A stretch of 64,000 nt of DNA from Waterburya sp. (GCA_965217895.1 CBDCJV010000002.1:2784001-2848000); one strand, 5' to 3'. Positions 20,102 through 30,871 are shown, counted from the stretch's first letter. The notes: a model not told the origin generated them from the sequence alone. Numbers and translations are program-made.

Positions 20102-22996
20102 ATGAAAAATTCCCAAGAAAATCTAAGTCTAAATAATCCTATTGTCACAATTTTGGATGACGAAGATGATGGAAACCTAGCTCCCAATGACATTTCCCTA
20201 CGAGAGGCAATTGTCCATAGTCAAGATGGAAGTACAATTAGCTTCGACAACAGCCTGAAGAATAAAACTATTTTGCTGACTCGTGGCGAATTAAGTATTG
20301 ATAAAAATCTAACTATTCAAGGTTTTAATAATGGTCAACTGACTATTGACGGTAATAATAAAAGTTCAGTTTTCAATATTAATAATCTCGATAAATCTGT
20401 AGATGTAACTATAGATAATTTAACTATCACTGGTGGTAATGCGAGGAATCAAGACGGTAGCGGCATCCGAAATACGGAAAATTTAACTATCAATAACAGT
20501 ATCATTACTGGTAATTCTACAACTGGATCTGGCGGTGGTATATCTAATTTTGGATCTGTCACGACAATTAACAACAGCGTTATTAGTAATAATTCGGCAG
20601 CAGAGAGAGGCGGTGGTATAAATATTGATTTTCCATATACAGTCAATAACAATCCTGCCGTAATAATCAACAACAGTCTTATTAGTAATAATTCGGCAGC
20701 AGGGGGAGGTGGTGGAATTTACAACAATTCTGGTGGATTAAGGATTAATGATAGTACTATCGATCAAAATACGGCATCAGGCTCTGGAGGTGGTATTAAT
20801 TCCGATAGTACAACCAAAATAATTGATAGTACAATTAGCAACAATCAAGCAGATTCTGGAGCAGGTTTCAATTCTAGCGGATTTGATAGCGATAGTACCT
20901 TTATCAACAGCACTATTAGTGGTAATACTGCTAAGGTTAATGGTGGTGGTATTTTCGTAAGTACTGAATATGGTTATCACACTGTTACTAATAGCACCAT
21001 TACTAATAATTCGGCTCCAGATGGTGCAGGAATAGATCAAAGTTCAGCTATTGCAAATATTACCAGCAGCATCATTGCAGGCAACGTAGATAACAATGAT
21101 GTAAATGGTGCAGGTATCATCTCTGGAGGTAATAACCTAATTGGCAATGGCGATGGTGCGCCAGATTTTGTCAATCTATTCAATGGCGATCTTGTCGGTA
21201 CTGCCAATAAGCCAATAGATCCTCAACTAGGTGAGTTAAAGGATAATGGTGGAAATACTTTTACCCATGCTCTGTTACCTGAAAGTATCGCGATTAATAC
21301 AGGTAGCAACCCTGAAAAACTAACTACCGATCAACGAGGAAAAGGGTTTGAGCGTGTTTTGTTTGATGCTTCTGATATTGGAGCTTTTGAAGCCGATACC
21401 GACTCAATTTACGATCTGCCATTTCTGCCGCCAGAGCCAACATCAAGGATAGTAACAACTCTAGATGATGAAGATGATGGTGATTTGAGTGCCGATGATA
21501 TTTCCCTGCGAGAAGCAATTCTAGAGAGCAATCCTGGAGATACCATTACTTTCGATCCTCGTCTCAGTGATGGCAAGATAACTCTAACTTTAGGAGAATT
21601 AGCAGTAGACAAAAGCCTGAACATTACTGGTTTGGGTGCAGATAAGTTAACCATAGATGCTGATAATAAAAGTCGAGTATTTAGTGTAGATAATGGTTCT
21701 GATACTGATGTTGATGTGGCGATCGCCAAACTAACTATTACTGGCGCAAATGCTGGCGAAGAAGGAGGCGGGGGGATTGATAATCACGAAAATCTGACAG
21801 TTAATCAATCAATTATTAGCGGTAATTCAGCTAAATACGGCGGTGGTGTATTAACGAATGACTTTGCCACAACAACTATTAATAATTCCACTATTAAGGA
21901 TAATTCGGCTGACAGTATCGGTGGTGGTGTGTCGAATCTCTCATCTTATACTATTATTAATAACTCTACTATTAGCGGTAATTCCACCAAAGGAAAAGGT
22001 GGAAGAGGTGGCGGTATTTCTAGCGCCAGTTCCGAGGGTGGGACAACCACAGTTAACAACTCTACTATTAGTGGTAATATTGCCAATGAAGTTGGTGGCG
22101 GTATTGATGCTTTTGATACCCGTTTAGAAGTTACCAATAGTACAATTACTGATAATACTGCTAAGAATAGTCGTAATTTTACTGGAGGTAATGGTAGTGG
22201 AGTTTCTGTTGATTTTGCAATCGGTACTTTTACTAGCAGTATTATTGCTGGCAATGCTGAGAATGATGATTTTACTAGCGGTGGAAATATAACTAGTGGT
22301 GGTAACAATCTAATTGGCAATGGCGAAAATACAGAAGCTTTTCAAGATGGCGTTAATCAAGATATCGTTGGTACTGCTGATGCTCCTGTTAAACCTCGCT
22401 TAGGTGAGTTAAAAGATAATGGTGGTCTTACCTTAACTTATGCTCTACTTCCCGACTCTTTAGCAATTAATGTAGGAAGCAATCCTGAAGAATTTACCAC
22501 CGATCAACGAGGATTAGAACGTTCAATTCAACAAACTGATATTGGTGCTTATGAAGTTCAATCAGGGTCAATTGATTTTGCCAATCTTAAGATTATTGAT
22601 GGCGATATAAATGATAATACGTTGACTGGTACTACTAAGAGAAATATCCTGAACGGTAAGGGTGGCAATGATACTTTAAACGGTGGTCAACAGTTTGATC
22701 GCCTTAATGGTGGCGATGGCGATGATGTTTTGATCGGTAAAGGAGGAATTGATGTTCTACTTGGTGAGGAAGGAGAGGATCTGTTTTATCTAGAAAATAT
22801 AAAAGGAAGTCTCGATTGGATTCGTGATTTTGAACTTAATCAAGATCGCCTTGGTTTAGCTGATAACATTACCTACGATGAACTGGAAATTAGTGGTAGA
22901 GTTAATAGCTTTATTAGTTATCAAGGTAAAGAGTTGGCAGTGGTGCTAGGTGTTAGTCCAAGCCAACTGACCATCGACCAGTTTAAAGAACTATAG
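20102..22996 (+). CDS. Secreted beta-helix protein with two SLREA/choice-of-anchor-Q modules and RTX Ca-binding repeats
   Basis: Two DISLREAI modules with GGG(I/V) repeats and LGELKDNGG.T...TDQRG..DIGA; C-terminal GGxGxD nonapeptides. Confidence 0.85.
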   Translation: MKNSQENLSLNNPIVTILDDEDDGNLAPNDISLREAIVHSQDGSTISFDNSLKNKTILLTRGELSIDKNLTIQGFNNGQLTIDGNNKSSVFNINNLDKSVDVTIDNLTITGGNARNQDGSGIRNTENLTINNSIITGNSTTGSGGGISNFGSVTTINNSVISNNSAAERGGGINIDFPYTVNNNPAVIINNSLISNNSAAGGGGGIYNNSGGLRINDSTIDQNTASGSGGGINSDSTTKIIDSTISNNQADSGAGFNSSGFDSDSTFINSTISGNTAKVNGGGIFVSTEYGYHTVTNSTITNNSAPDGAGIDQSSAIANITSSIIAGNVDNNDVNGAGIISGGNNLIGNGDGAPDFVNLFNGDLVGTANKPIDPQLGELKDNGGNTFTHALLPESIAINTGSNPEKLTTDQRGKGFERVLFDASDIGAFEADTDSIYDLPFLPPEPTSRIVTTLDDEDDGDLSADDISLREAILESNPGDTITFDPRLSDGKITLTLGELAVDKSLNITGLGADKLTIDADNKSRVFSVDNGSDTDVDVAIAKLTITGANAGEEGGGGIDNHENLTVNQSIISGNSAKYGGGVLTNDFATTTINNSTIKDNSADSIGGGVSNLSSYTIINNSTISGNSTKGKGGRGGGISSASSEGGTTTVNNSTISGNIANEVGGGIDAFDTRLEVTNSTITDNTAKNSRNFTGGNGSGVSVDFAIGTFTSSIIAGNAENDDFTSGGNITSGGNNLIGNGENTEAFQDGVNQDIVGTADAPVKPRLGELKDNGGLTLTYALLPDSLAINVGSNPEEFTTDQRGLERSIQQTDIGAYEVQSGSIDFANLKIIDGDINDNTLTGTTKRNILNGKGGNDTLNGGQQFDRLNGGDGDDVLIGKGGIDVLLGEEGEDLFYLENIKGSLDWIRDFELNQDRLGLADNITYDELEISGRVNSFISYQGKELAVVLGVSPSQLTIDQFKEL

Positions 22997-23036
22997 ACTA
23001 AAAAGCCGATTCTGATTCGACTTACTAAATAATATT

Positions 23037-23070
23037 AAAGAAAAGAGCGATCGCGATCGCTCTTTTCTTT
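23037..23070. terminator. Perfect 34-bp palindrome; likely bidirectional terminator
   Basis: AAAGAAAAGAGCGATCGCGATCGCTCTTTTCTTT, 40 bp after the stop of the beta-helix gene. Confidence 0.6.
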
Positions 23071-23139
23071 TGCGATCTAGCAAGCAAACTCAAGTTAAAA
23101 TAAACCTTAAAGCTATTTTTTGCGTTTAGGTAATTACCA

Positions 23140-24417
23140 ATGAATCCTGCTCTATCTCAATTTGGTTCGCAGATGTCTCAACTAACGGGAGTCAGAGCAA
23201 TCATGAAAGACATTATTGAAACCTTGAGCAATAGTGCAGGCAAAGAATTTATTAATCTTAGTGCAGGTAATCCTGTAATTTTGCCTGAAGTTGAACAGCT
23301 ATGGCGCGACTGTACCCAAGAATTGTTGGATAGTGATGAATACGGCGAAGTGGTTTGTCGTTATGGTTCATCTCAAGGCTATGCACCTTTAATTGACGCA
23401 GTAATTAACGATTTTAATGCTCGTTATGACTTAAACTTGAGCGATCGCAATATTCTGATTACAGGTGGTTCTCAGGCTCTATATCTCTATGCTGCTAATG
23501 CTTTTGGTGGCTATACCGCATCAGGAGAACTAAAGCAGGTTGTTCTACCTCTTAGTCCCGACTATACAGGCTATGGTGGCGTTAGTTTAACTCCAGAGGC
23601 GTTACTGGCATATAAACCCAATTTAGAAATCGACGAAGACAAACATCGGTTTAAATATCGTCCTGATTTTAGCCAACTGCAAATCAATGAGCAAACTGGC
23701 TGTGTAATTTTTTCTCGTCCCTGCAACCCTACAGGAAACGTAATCAGCGATGAAGAAGTAGCTAAAATAGCTGCCTTGGCTGCCAAACTAGATGTTCCTG
23801 TATTTATCGACTCTGCTTACGCACCGCCTTTTCCTGCCTTAAACTTTACAGAGATGACTCCCCAGTTTGGCGAGAATATTATTCACTGTATGAGCTTATC
23901 CAAAGCAGGATTACCAGGGGAGAGAATTGGTATTGCTATTGGCGATCCTCAACTGATTCAAATATTAGAATCTTTTCAAACAAATGCCTGTATACATTCT
24001 TCCCGCTATGGACAGGCGATCGCCGCTAGGGCGATCGCCTCTGGTAAACTAGCTAATATTGCCACAGATGTTATTCGTCCTCACTATCAGCGCAAAATCG
24101 AAGTTTTAGCCAATACTCTCGATGCCGCTATGCCCCAAGACATTCCTTGGTATCTTCATCAGGGAGAAGGAGCAATTTTTGCCTGGCTATGGCTTAAGGA
24201 TTTGCCGATGACAGACTGGGAATTTTATCAACAATTAAAAGCGGTGGGAGTGATTGCTGTACCTGGAAGTAGCTTTTTTCCTGGCTTAAAAGCAGATTGG
24301 CAACACAAGCAACAGTGTTTACGAATCAGCCTAACTGCAACCGAAACCGAAATAGCCGAAGCAATGCAGCGTTTAGCCAAAGTTGCTAGAAATGTTTATC
24401 AAACAGCGACAGTTTAA
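23140..24417 (+). CDS. avtA: Valine-pyruvate transaminase
   Basis: SQLTGVRAIMKDI, SRPCNPTGNV, SLSKAGLPGERIG (PLP Lys). Confidence 0.92.
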   Translation: MNPALSQFGSQMSQLTGVRAIMKDIIETLSNSAGKEFINLSAGNPVILPEVEQLWRDCTQELLDSDEYGEVVCRYGSSQGYAPLIDAVINDFNARYDLNLSDRNILITGGSQALYLYAANAFGGYTASGELKQVVLPLSPDYTGYGGVSLTPEALLAYKPNLEIDEDKHRFKYRPDFSQLQINEQTGCVIFSRPCNPTGNVISDEEVAKIAALAAKLDVPVFIDSAYAPPFPALNFTEMTPQFGENIIHCMSLSKAGLPGERIGIAIGDPQLIQILESFQTNACIHSSRYGQAIAARAIASGKLANIATDVIRPHYQRKIEVLANTLDAAMPQDIPWYLHQGEGAIFAWLWLKDLPMTDWEFYQQLKAVGVIAVPGSSFFPGLKADWQHKQQCLRISLTATETEIAEAMQRLAKVARNVYQTATV

Positions 24418-24431
24418 ATTAAGTATCAATA

Positions 24432-25091
24432 ATGAACAATCCCGAATTAACCATCAACCAAGAAATAGAATGGTTAGAAGTAGGAACTATCACCTCGCCT
24501 CAAGGTTTAAAAGGAGAGTTACGGGTATATCCAGACTCCGATTTTCCTGAACGTTTTACTAAAGCAGGTACTCGTTGGCTCAAACATCCTCAGACTTCGG
24601 CGATTACAGAAGTCCAGTTGCGAGGAGGCAGATACATTGCGGGCAAAAACCTGTATGTAATTAAATTAGAGGGAATAGAAGATCGCAGCCAAGCTGATGA
24701 ACTACGGGATTATAAACTGCTGGTGGATAAAAGCGATCGCCCAAAACTAAAGGCAGATGAGTATCATGTTGCTGATTTAGTCGGTTTAGAAGTCTATCAC
24801 CAAGAAACAGGGGAAAATATAGGAGTAGTTGTCGATCTGTATACAGCAGGGAATGATTTATTAGAAATCCAGCTACACCAACAGCCAGATACTAAAGCCA
24901 AAAGCGATCGGGATTTGTCTGAGATTAGCCGACGCAGCAAACGCAAAAAATACAGACCAAAATCGTCAAAACCTGTTACTGTTTTTGTTCCCTTTGTCAA
25001 AGAAATAGTTCCCGTAGTCGATCTTGACAACCAACGTCTAGAAATAACTCCACCTGATGGCTTGTTAAATATACACGAGTCCATAAGTTGA
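24432..25091 (+). CDS. rimM: Ribosome maturation factor RimM
   Basis: VGTITSPQGLKGELRV, EYHVADLVG, VPFVKEIVP. Confidence 0.95.
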   Translation: MNNPELTINQEIEWLEVGTITSPQGLKGELRVYPDSDFPERFTKAGTRWLKHPQTSAITEVQLRGGRYIAGKNLYVIKLEGIEDRSQADELRDYKLLVDKSDRPKLKADEYHVADLVGLEVYHQETGENIGVVVDLYTAGNDLLEIQLHQQPDTKAKSDRDLSEISRRSKRKKYRPKSSKPVTVFVPFVKEIVPVVDLDNQRLEITPPDGLLNIHESIS

Positions 25092-25124
25092 AAACACTTT
25101 GAGTTTTCTATCTAATGAATGAAG

Positions 25125-25601
25125 TTAAGCTTCAATATTTAGATGAAGAATATAAGAACCCAACTGAATTTTTGCTGACCATATTTCATATTCAAGGCGT
25201 AAATTTTTAGGAAAAGGATCGCTATTTACTTTCAAGTAACGGGTAAAATTACGAAAACGTAAGGAGTGACTGGGTTGTTCGGGATCGCTATTCAAACAGT
25301 ATCGACTCACGCCATACACTCCTCTTTCCCAAAAGTGTCGATAGCTCAACTTTCCTCGACTCTGCATGGTCATCACTACTCGATAAGGAGAGATTTCTAG
25401 CCAGAACAATCCTTGAGCGGATTCACTTTGATGATTAACAAAAGGCGAAGTAGAATGAGGCAGTTTTTGCTGGTCTAATAATAAATGAAATCTTTCTCGA
25501 TCTTTTTGGTATAACGATGCAGTTGCTTCAATTACATTCCAGATTGGTAAATCTGTGGAAATTAGGGAAAGAGAAACAGTTTGGTAGCGATTAACTTGCA
25601 T
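25125..25601 (-). CDS. Hypothetical protein
   Basis: 158-aa ORF (WLEISPYRV, SYRHFW, FRNFTR). Confidence 0.7.
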   Translation of the reverse strand: MQVNRYQTVSLSLISTDLPIWNVIEATASLYQKDRERFHLLLDQQKLPHSTSPFVNHQSESAQGLFWLEISPYRVVMTMQSRGKLSYRHFWERGVYGVSRYCLNSDPEQPSHSLRFRNFTRYLKVNSDPFPKNLRLEYEIWSAKIQLGSYILHLNIEA

Positions 25602-25746
25602 GAGGAGAATATCTAGTAGCTAAAGCTCACTTTCTTTCTAGGATATACTTAACCAGAAGCAAATCGGTAGACTCAAAATTAGTTTGCTGGGAAAACTTGC
25701 TAATTGTAAGAGTATTCGTTATTATTGCTAATGGTTACTAAAGCAA

Positions 25747-25818
25747 TCCTCAGTAGCTCAGTGGCAGAGCGGTCGACTGTTAATCGATTGGTCGTAGGTT
25801 CAAATCCTACCTGGGGAG
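25747..25818 (+). tRNA. tRNA-Asn (GTT)
   Basis: TCCTCAG/CTGGGGA acceptor stem, anticodon loop CTGTTAA, GGTTCAAATCC. Confidence 0.97.
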
Positions 25819-25860
25819 TATCATCTGCATATAATCGCGCATTCGCTACAGAAAATGGTT

Positions 25861-27303
25861 TTATTGTTGCGCTTCTGCGGGACGACTATCAGGGATAGAT
25901 TCGGCAGGAGTAGTGTCTAATTCTCCGCTTGTTTGCTCTCCTGGTATGGGTAAGCTTAAATTAGGGCCAGTACGAATGATACGACTAGCAAAGTAAAGAG
26001 CAAAAACAAATAAAATGCTGTAGACGATCGCAAAAACACTCAAAGAAGTCAATACATTGCTGGCTGGTATTTGAGAAGCTGCATCCACTGTGCGAATTTC
26101 CCCGTAAACTGTCCAGGGTTGTCTACCCACACAACGCACGATCCAGCCCGATTCAACGGCAATATAGCCTAACGGTGCAGCAAACATCCAAGCTCTGAGC
26201 AACCAACGTTGTTGATCAATGTTTTCAGCAGCTAATTTACCCCGTAACCACTGCAAAACTGTCAGTGCCATCAAGCCCGCCAAGATAAAGCCGATGGCAA
26301 TCATAATCCTAAAAGCATAGTAAATTAAGCCTATTTGATGGGGTCGATCTTCAGGAGCATATTCCTTTAAACCGATAACAGGTTCAGATAGCTGAGGTTT
26401 AATTTCTAGAATATAGCTCAATAGCCCAGGGATAGAAATTTCCCAGTCGTTTTGTTCTGCCTTATCGTTAGGTAAGGCGATCGCACTCCAAGAAGGCGAT
26501 TCTCCTGCGGGAATTGTTTCCCACTGTGCCTCCATTGCAGCCAGTTTTGTAGGCTGATAATGATAAACCTGCTCGCCGCTAAGGTGTCCGATGTAGAGTT
26601 GCAGAGGGGTAACGGCAATGGCGATCGCCAAGACAATTTTAAAAGACAGGCTAAAAAATTCTGAATTACGTTGATTAAGAATGTACCAGGCACTTATCCC
26701 ACCAATGACAAATAAAGAAGTTTCCATAGTGGCAAAAAACATATGGAGAACGCTATTGAGCATGAAAGGGTTGAAAATTGCCTGAAAGTAATCGCTGACT
26801 ACAAAATTGCCATCAATAAACTGTCCACCCGCTGGGGTTTGTAGCCAAGAGTTCGCGCTCAAAATCCAGAAAATAGATAAATTCGCCCCAATAGCAACCA
26901 TAATGGTGGCGAAATAGTGGACAGCAGGAGGAACTCGTTCCCAACCAAACAACATGATGCCCAAAAAGCCAGCCTCCAGGGCAAATGCCATAGAAGCCTC
27001 AAATCCTAAAACACTGCCAAAGAAATCGCCTACAGCTTGGGAAAAAGGAGCCCAGTTAGTACCAAATTCAAATTCCATTGGTAATCCTGATGCTACGCCA
27101 ATGCCAAAATTGAGGACATAAAGTTTTGACCAGAAACGAGCGTGATAGTAATAATTTTTGTTGTTAGTTTTTAGCCATAATCCTTCCACTACAATTAGAT
27201 AAATTGCCATACCCGTAGTCAAAACTGGCCACAACATATGAAAAATTGCGGTGAGAGCAAATTGCAAACGAGACAACACTACCGTATCAGATAAAAATTC
27301 CAT
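25861..27303 (-). CDS. cydA: Cytochrome bd ubiquinol oxidase subunit I
   Basis: SRLQFALTAIFH, FEFGTNW, QPTKLAAME, GRQPW. Confidence 0.95.
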   Translation of the reverse strand: MEFLSDTVVLSRLQFALTAIFHMLWPVLTTGMAIYLIVVEGLWLKTNNKNYYYHARFWSKLYVLNFGIGVASGLPMEFEFGTNWAPFSQAVGDFFGSVLGFEASMAFALEAGFLGIMLFGWERVPPAVHYFATIMVAIGANLSIFWILSANSWLQTPAGGQFIDGNFVVSDYFQAIFNPFMLNSVLHMFFATMETSLFVIGGISAWYILNQRNSEFFSLSFKIVLAIAIAVTPLQLYIGHLSGEQVYHYQPTKLAAMEAQWETIPAGESPSWSAIALPNDKAEQNDWEISIPGLLSYILEIKPQLSEPVIGLKEYAPEDRPHQIGLIYYAFRIMIAIGFILAGLMALTVLQWLRGKLAAENIDQQRWLLRAWMFAAPLGYIAVESGWIVRCVGRQPWTVYGEIRTVDAASQIPASNVLTSLSVFAIVYSILFVFALYFASRIIRTGPNLSLPIPGEQTSGELDTTPAESIPDSRPAEAQQ

Positions 27304-27670
27304 CAGTACTTTGTTTTGTATAGATAAGCTAATAAGTTATGACGAAATGATGTCATCGATCTTAATTACGATCGGGATTTTTAAATCCTCTGTTTCAGTG
27401 TAACGAGTCGTGTTGAGCTTTGCTATTTGTGTCTTTTCCCTTTTGTCTCAAAAAGCTTTGTGGCATTAGTTTTCTAGACATACTTCTATAAAAAAACTAT
27501 AGAGAACACCTGGCAGTTGATGTATTTATCCCTTTAATGTTTCTGTCAAACAGAAGAAGTCAGACATTCAGAAAATTTTTGAGCAATTTGCTAAAAATTA
27601 GGTTATTTATACCATTTCTCCTTGAAGTTGCACTTAATTATTTGAGCTTAAAACTCTCGCAAAGACGCAA

Positions 27671-27721
27671 AGCGGTGCGACCCCGCGTCGACGTAAGGCG
27701 CAAGGGAACGCGCACCAAGAC
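27671..27721 (+). repeat. 51-bp small dispersed mobile repeat, copy 1
   Basis: 50/51 identical to 59534-59584; GGTGCG...CGCACC stem. Confidence 0.85.
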
Positions 27722-27772
27722 AGACGCTAAGGGGTTAGATTTTATTTAGTGCATTGTCATAGAGAGTTGGTA

Positions 27773-28492
27773 TTAGGAATTTAAAACTTTCTCATCTGAG
27801 TTAGATGAAAATAGCCCCAACATTGGTCCGAGAATTGCTCCTGCTACAAATCCCCCTGCGTGCGCCCAATAAGCTACGCCACCGCTTTCCATACCGACAC
27901 TTGCAGTAACCTCAAAAGAGCTAATGCCGTTTAATGCCTGTTCGACAAACCAAAAGCCGAGAAAGTAGACCGCAGGTATTCTAAATAGCGGAAAAAAGAA
28001 GCCTAAGGGGATGACGGTGACAATTTTTGCTTGGGGAAACTTAAGAATATATGCTCCCATAACTCCAGCGATCGCGCCACTCGCTCCTAAAGATGGTACA
28101 GTAGACATGGCGGAAAAGAACCATTGCGCTAGTACGGCTATAACGCCACAGGACAAGTAAAACAAAACAAATTTGGCTCTTCCCAACTCTTCTTCAATGT
28201 TGTTGCCAAATATCCAGAGAAATAGCATATTAAAGCCAACATGAGTAAATCCCGCATGAAGAAACTGAGAGGTGATAGGAGTAACTATTTCGGGAATGCC
28301 CTGATGCACATCAACTCCATTAAAGCTAGCGGTTAACTCTTTGGGTACAACTGCAAACAAATGGAAGAAAACATCTAACTGATTTGAGTTTAAGCTTAGT
28401 TCATAAATAAAAACCAGAATATTAACTGCAATTAAGATGTAAGTAATATAAGGGACAATTTTGATCGGATTTTCGTCTTTTAAAGGAACCAT
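27773..28492 (-). CDS. Rhomboid family intramembrane serine protease
   Basis: SQFLHAG, FNMLFLWIFG, GASGA, AHAGG. Confidence 0.95.
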   Translation of the reverse strand: MVPLKDENPIKIVPYITYILIAVNILVFIYELSLNSNQLDVFFHLFAVVPKELTASFNGVDVHQGIPEIVTPITSQFLHAGFTHVGFNMLFLWIFGNNIEEELGRAKFVLFYLSCGVIAVLAQWFFSAMSTVPSLGASGAIAGVMGAYILKFPQAKIVTVIPLGFFFPLFRIPAVYFLGFWFVEQALNGISSFEVTASVGMESGGVAYWAHAGGFVAGAILGPMLGLFSSNSDEKVLNS

Positions 28493-28540
28493 TTTTTAAG
28501 GGATGAGGGATGAGAGATGAAGACAGGAGTTGGTCATAAT

Positions 28541-28637
28541 TAGACCTCTTGCATAAGTCCCATAAATTTCGGTTGAGTTTAGGGAAAAGGGAAAAGGGGT
28601 TAATTTAAATTCCTAATTTATTTTTGCAAGAGGTCTA
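28541..28637. mobile_element. MITE-like element
   Basis: Perfect 13-bp TIR TAGACCTCTTGCA / TGCAAGAGGTCTA. Confidence 0.75.
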
Positions 28638-28822
28638 TTGAACATTATTCTAGATTTTATAGTAAATGATTAACCGCTATTTTCAGTCAGTCTTTTGATA
28701 TGATTGTCAATCCCTATAATATTTTCTAAGAGCGATCGCAGTTGATCTGCCATAGTTTCTCTATTTGAGCCGATGCGGTGTGATGTTTTTGTCAGCACGA
28801 AAAATGCTTACTTTTATATCGC

Positions 28823-29734
28823 CTAATGTAATAATTGTGTAAACGCTTGAGAAATAAGAGTTTGAAATCGCTGTCGATGTTTTAGCTGAAAAAAGGAACG
28901 AGCAATTTGAGTCGAAGCTCCTAACTCTTCAATTTGAACTGGACGAAGACTGTTTAGCTGCAATTCTTTTTTAATCATTAGTTCAGAAATTGCTGTTACG
29001 CCAACTCCGTTTTCAACAACAGCCTTAACCATTTCACCGCTACTCATTGCTAGAACAACATTCAAGTCGCTAGGGTCAATACCCCATTTTCTTAAAGCCG
29101 GTTCAAATACTGCTCTAGTTCCCGAACCTGGTTCGCGCATTACCCATCTGGTTTGAGTAAATGCTGTTAGAGAAACTTGTGTAGTTGAAAACAAAGGATG
29201 AGATTGACCGACAACAATAAGCAAGCGATCGCTACCAATGGTTTCTATCTTTAGAGCATCAGCCACCAAGGAATTGACTTCTCCTTCGACAAAGCCCAGA
29301 TCGAATTGTCCATCCATTGTTCCCTTACTGATTTCTGCGGTATTCCCCAATGTACAGTAAATTTCAATACCAGGATACTGACGCTTAAATTCGCTAATTT
29401 TATCAGGAAGCCAATAGTTACCGATGGTCAGGCTTGCGCCTAATTTTAGTTCACCTCGGTGTAAGTTATTCAGTTCCCGCAAGCCGCGCTCGGTTAAATT
29501 AACCTGCTCTAAGATTTTTTGCGCCTCAATTTTCAGGAGTCTACCTGCTTCGGTAATCTCAATATGGCGACCAATGCGATCGAATAGCTTCAGCCCGTAG
29601 TGCTTCTCTAAATTCTGGATTGCCGAACTGACAGAAGATTGGGTCATGTAAAGCACTTCAGCAGCATGAGTAAAATGCATCTGTTCTACTACAGCAAGAA
29701 AGATTCGGAGTCGATCGAGTGTTATGCCTGTCAT
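28823..29734 (-). CDS. LysR family regulator (YeiE/CysL-like)
   Basis: LysR HTH, GASLTIGNY, REPGSGTR; divergent from a YeiH-family gene. Confidence 0.92.
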   Translation of the reverse strand: MTGITLDRLRIFLAVVEQMHFTHAAEVLYMTQSSVSSAIQNLEKHYGLKLFDRIGRHIEITEAGRLLKIEAQKILEQVNLTERGLRELNNLHRGELKLGASLTIGNYWLPDKISEFKRQYPGIEIYCTLGNTAEISKGTMDGQFDLGFVEGEVNSLVADALKIETIGSDRLLIVVGQSHPLFSTTQVSLTAFTQTRWVMREPGSGTRAVFEPALRKWGIDPSDLNVVLAMSSGEMVKAVVENGVGVTAISELMIKKELQLNSLRPVQIEELGASTQIARSFFQLKHRQRFQTLISQAFTQLLH

Positions 29735-29762
29735 TGTTTAAACACATTGAGTAAGAATCATT

Positions 29763-29779
29763 AATCGATTTTAACGATT
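29763..29779. promoter_or_regulatory. Putative LysR recognition box
   Basis: AATCG-N7-CGATT palindrome containing T-N11-A, between the divergent lysR and yeiH genes. Confidence 0.5.
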
Positions 29780-29842
29780 GAATTGACAGAAAAGAACGTT
29801 TGTTTCGATGAGTAAAACTTCTTAAGGTGAAGTTAATCTCTC

Positions 29843-30871
29843 ATGGTGCTACAGATAATGAATACTTCAAGAGCATTTAGACGTAATTTAGCGGTACAGA
29901 AAATACTACAGCGTTCTATAACATTGCAGTTTACACCGCAACAAGCGTTATTTTTGGGTATTGCAAGTACTTCTCTAACAACCTGGATTTCACCACCCCT
30001 AGCTCTGACATTGGGAATGGGGGTTGCATTAACGATTCAAAATCCGTTTCAGCGCACCAGTAGCCAGATGGCTCGACTGCTTTTACAAGTCTGCGTTGTC
30101 CTGCTCGGTTTTGGCATGGATTTAGCGGTTGTGCTACAGGCGGGTCAAAAAGGCGCATTGTTGGCAGCAATTAGCATTGGAATGACATTGTTGCTAGGGC
30201 AGTGGCTCGGCAAAAAGTTGAAGATTCCAGTGAAAACATCGGTATTAATTTCTGTAGGAACGGCGATTTGTGGCGGTTCGGCGATCGCAGCAGTTGCTTC
30301 AGTCATTGGTGCAGCAGAACAAGAAATTTCTATTGCCATCGGCACAATTTTTCTGCTTAATGCCGTTGCCTTATACATTTTTCCAATATTGGGACATCTT
30401 TTACACTTAACGCCAGACCAATTTGGTACTTGGGCAGGCATCGCAATTCACGACATTTCTAGCGTTGTGGGTGCAGCATCGCATTTTGGGGCGACAGCAT
30501 TAAATACGGCAACGGCGGTCAAACTATCTCGTGCGCTTTGGATCGTGCCAATTTCGCTCTTGTATTCATTTTTGTTTCAGCGTCGAGCAACAGAACAACA
30601 TAAAGCTCATACTATTCAAATTCCTTGGTTTATCGGTCTATTTTTACTAGCATCCCTTACGCGATCGCTCGTTCCCAATGTCGCTAACTGGTCGCCTATT
30701 TTAACGCTGTTCTCAGAAGCTGGATTGAAGCTAACCCTATTTTTAATTGGATCGGGGCTATCGATCCAGGCATTGAAAGTTGTGGGCTGGCAAGCGATCG
30801 CCCAAGGAATTGTGCTGTGGATTGTTATGAGTGTCAGTTCACTTGGCTTTATTTTGTGGATGATTCACTGA
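29843..30871 (+). CDS. YeiH family putative sulfate/sulfite exporter
   Basis: GTAICGGSAIAA, AGIAIHDISSVVGA, AVKLSRALWI. Confidence 0.9.
   Translation: MVLQIMNTSRAFRRNLAVQKILQRSITLQFTPQQALFLGIASTSLTTWISPPLALTLGMGVALTIQNPFQRTSSQMARLLLQVCVVLLGFGMDLAVVLQAGQKGALLAAISIGMTLLLGQWLGKKLKIPVKTSVLISVGTAICGGSAIAAVASVIGAAEQEISIAIGTIFLLNAVALYIFPILGHLLHLTPDQFGTWAGIAIHDISSVVGAASHFGATALNTATAVKLSRALWIVPISLLYSFLFQRRATEQHKAHTIQIPWFIGLFLLASLTRSLVPNVANWSPILTLFSEAGLKLTLFLIGSGLSIQALKVVGWQAIAQGIVLWIVMSVSSLGFILWMIH

Noticed and set aside
20449..22320. Several antisense and alternate-frame ORFs
   Set aside because: Shadow ORFs of the Asn/Gly/Thr-rich beta-helix gene; the same applies to the other short ORFs overlapping long genes
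24870..24975. Basic insertion in RimM
   Set aside because: Variable Lys/Arg-rich loops here are, as I recall, common in cyanobacterial RimM; no repeat signature
27537..27749. 70-aa ORF on +
   Set aside because: Runs through the 51-bp repeat in intergenic DNA; likely spurious
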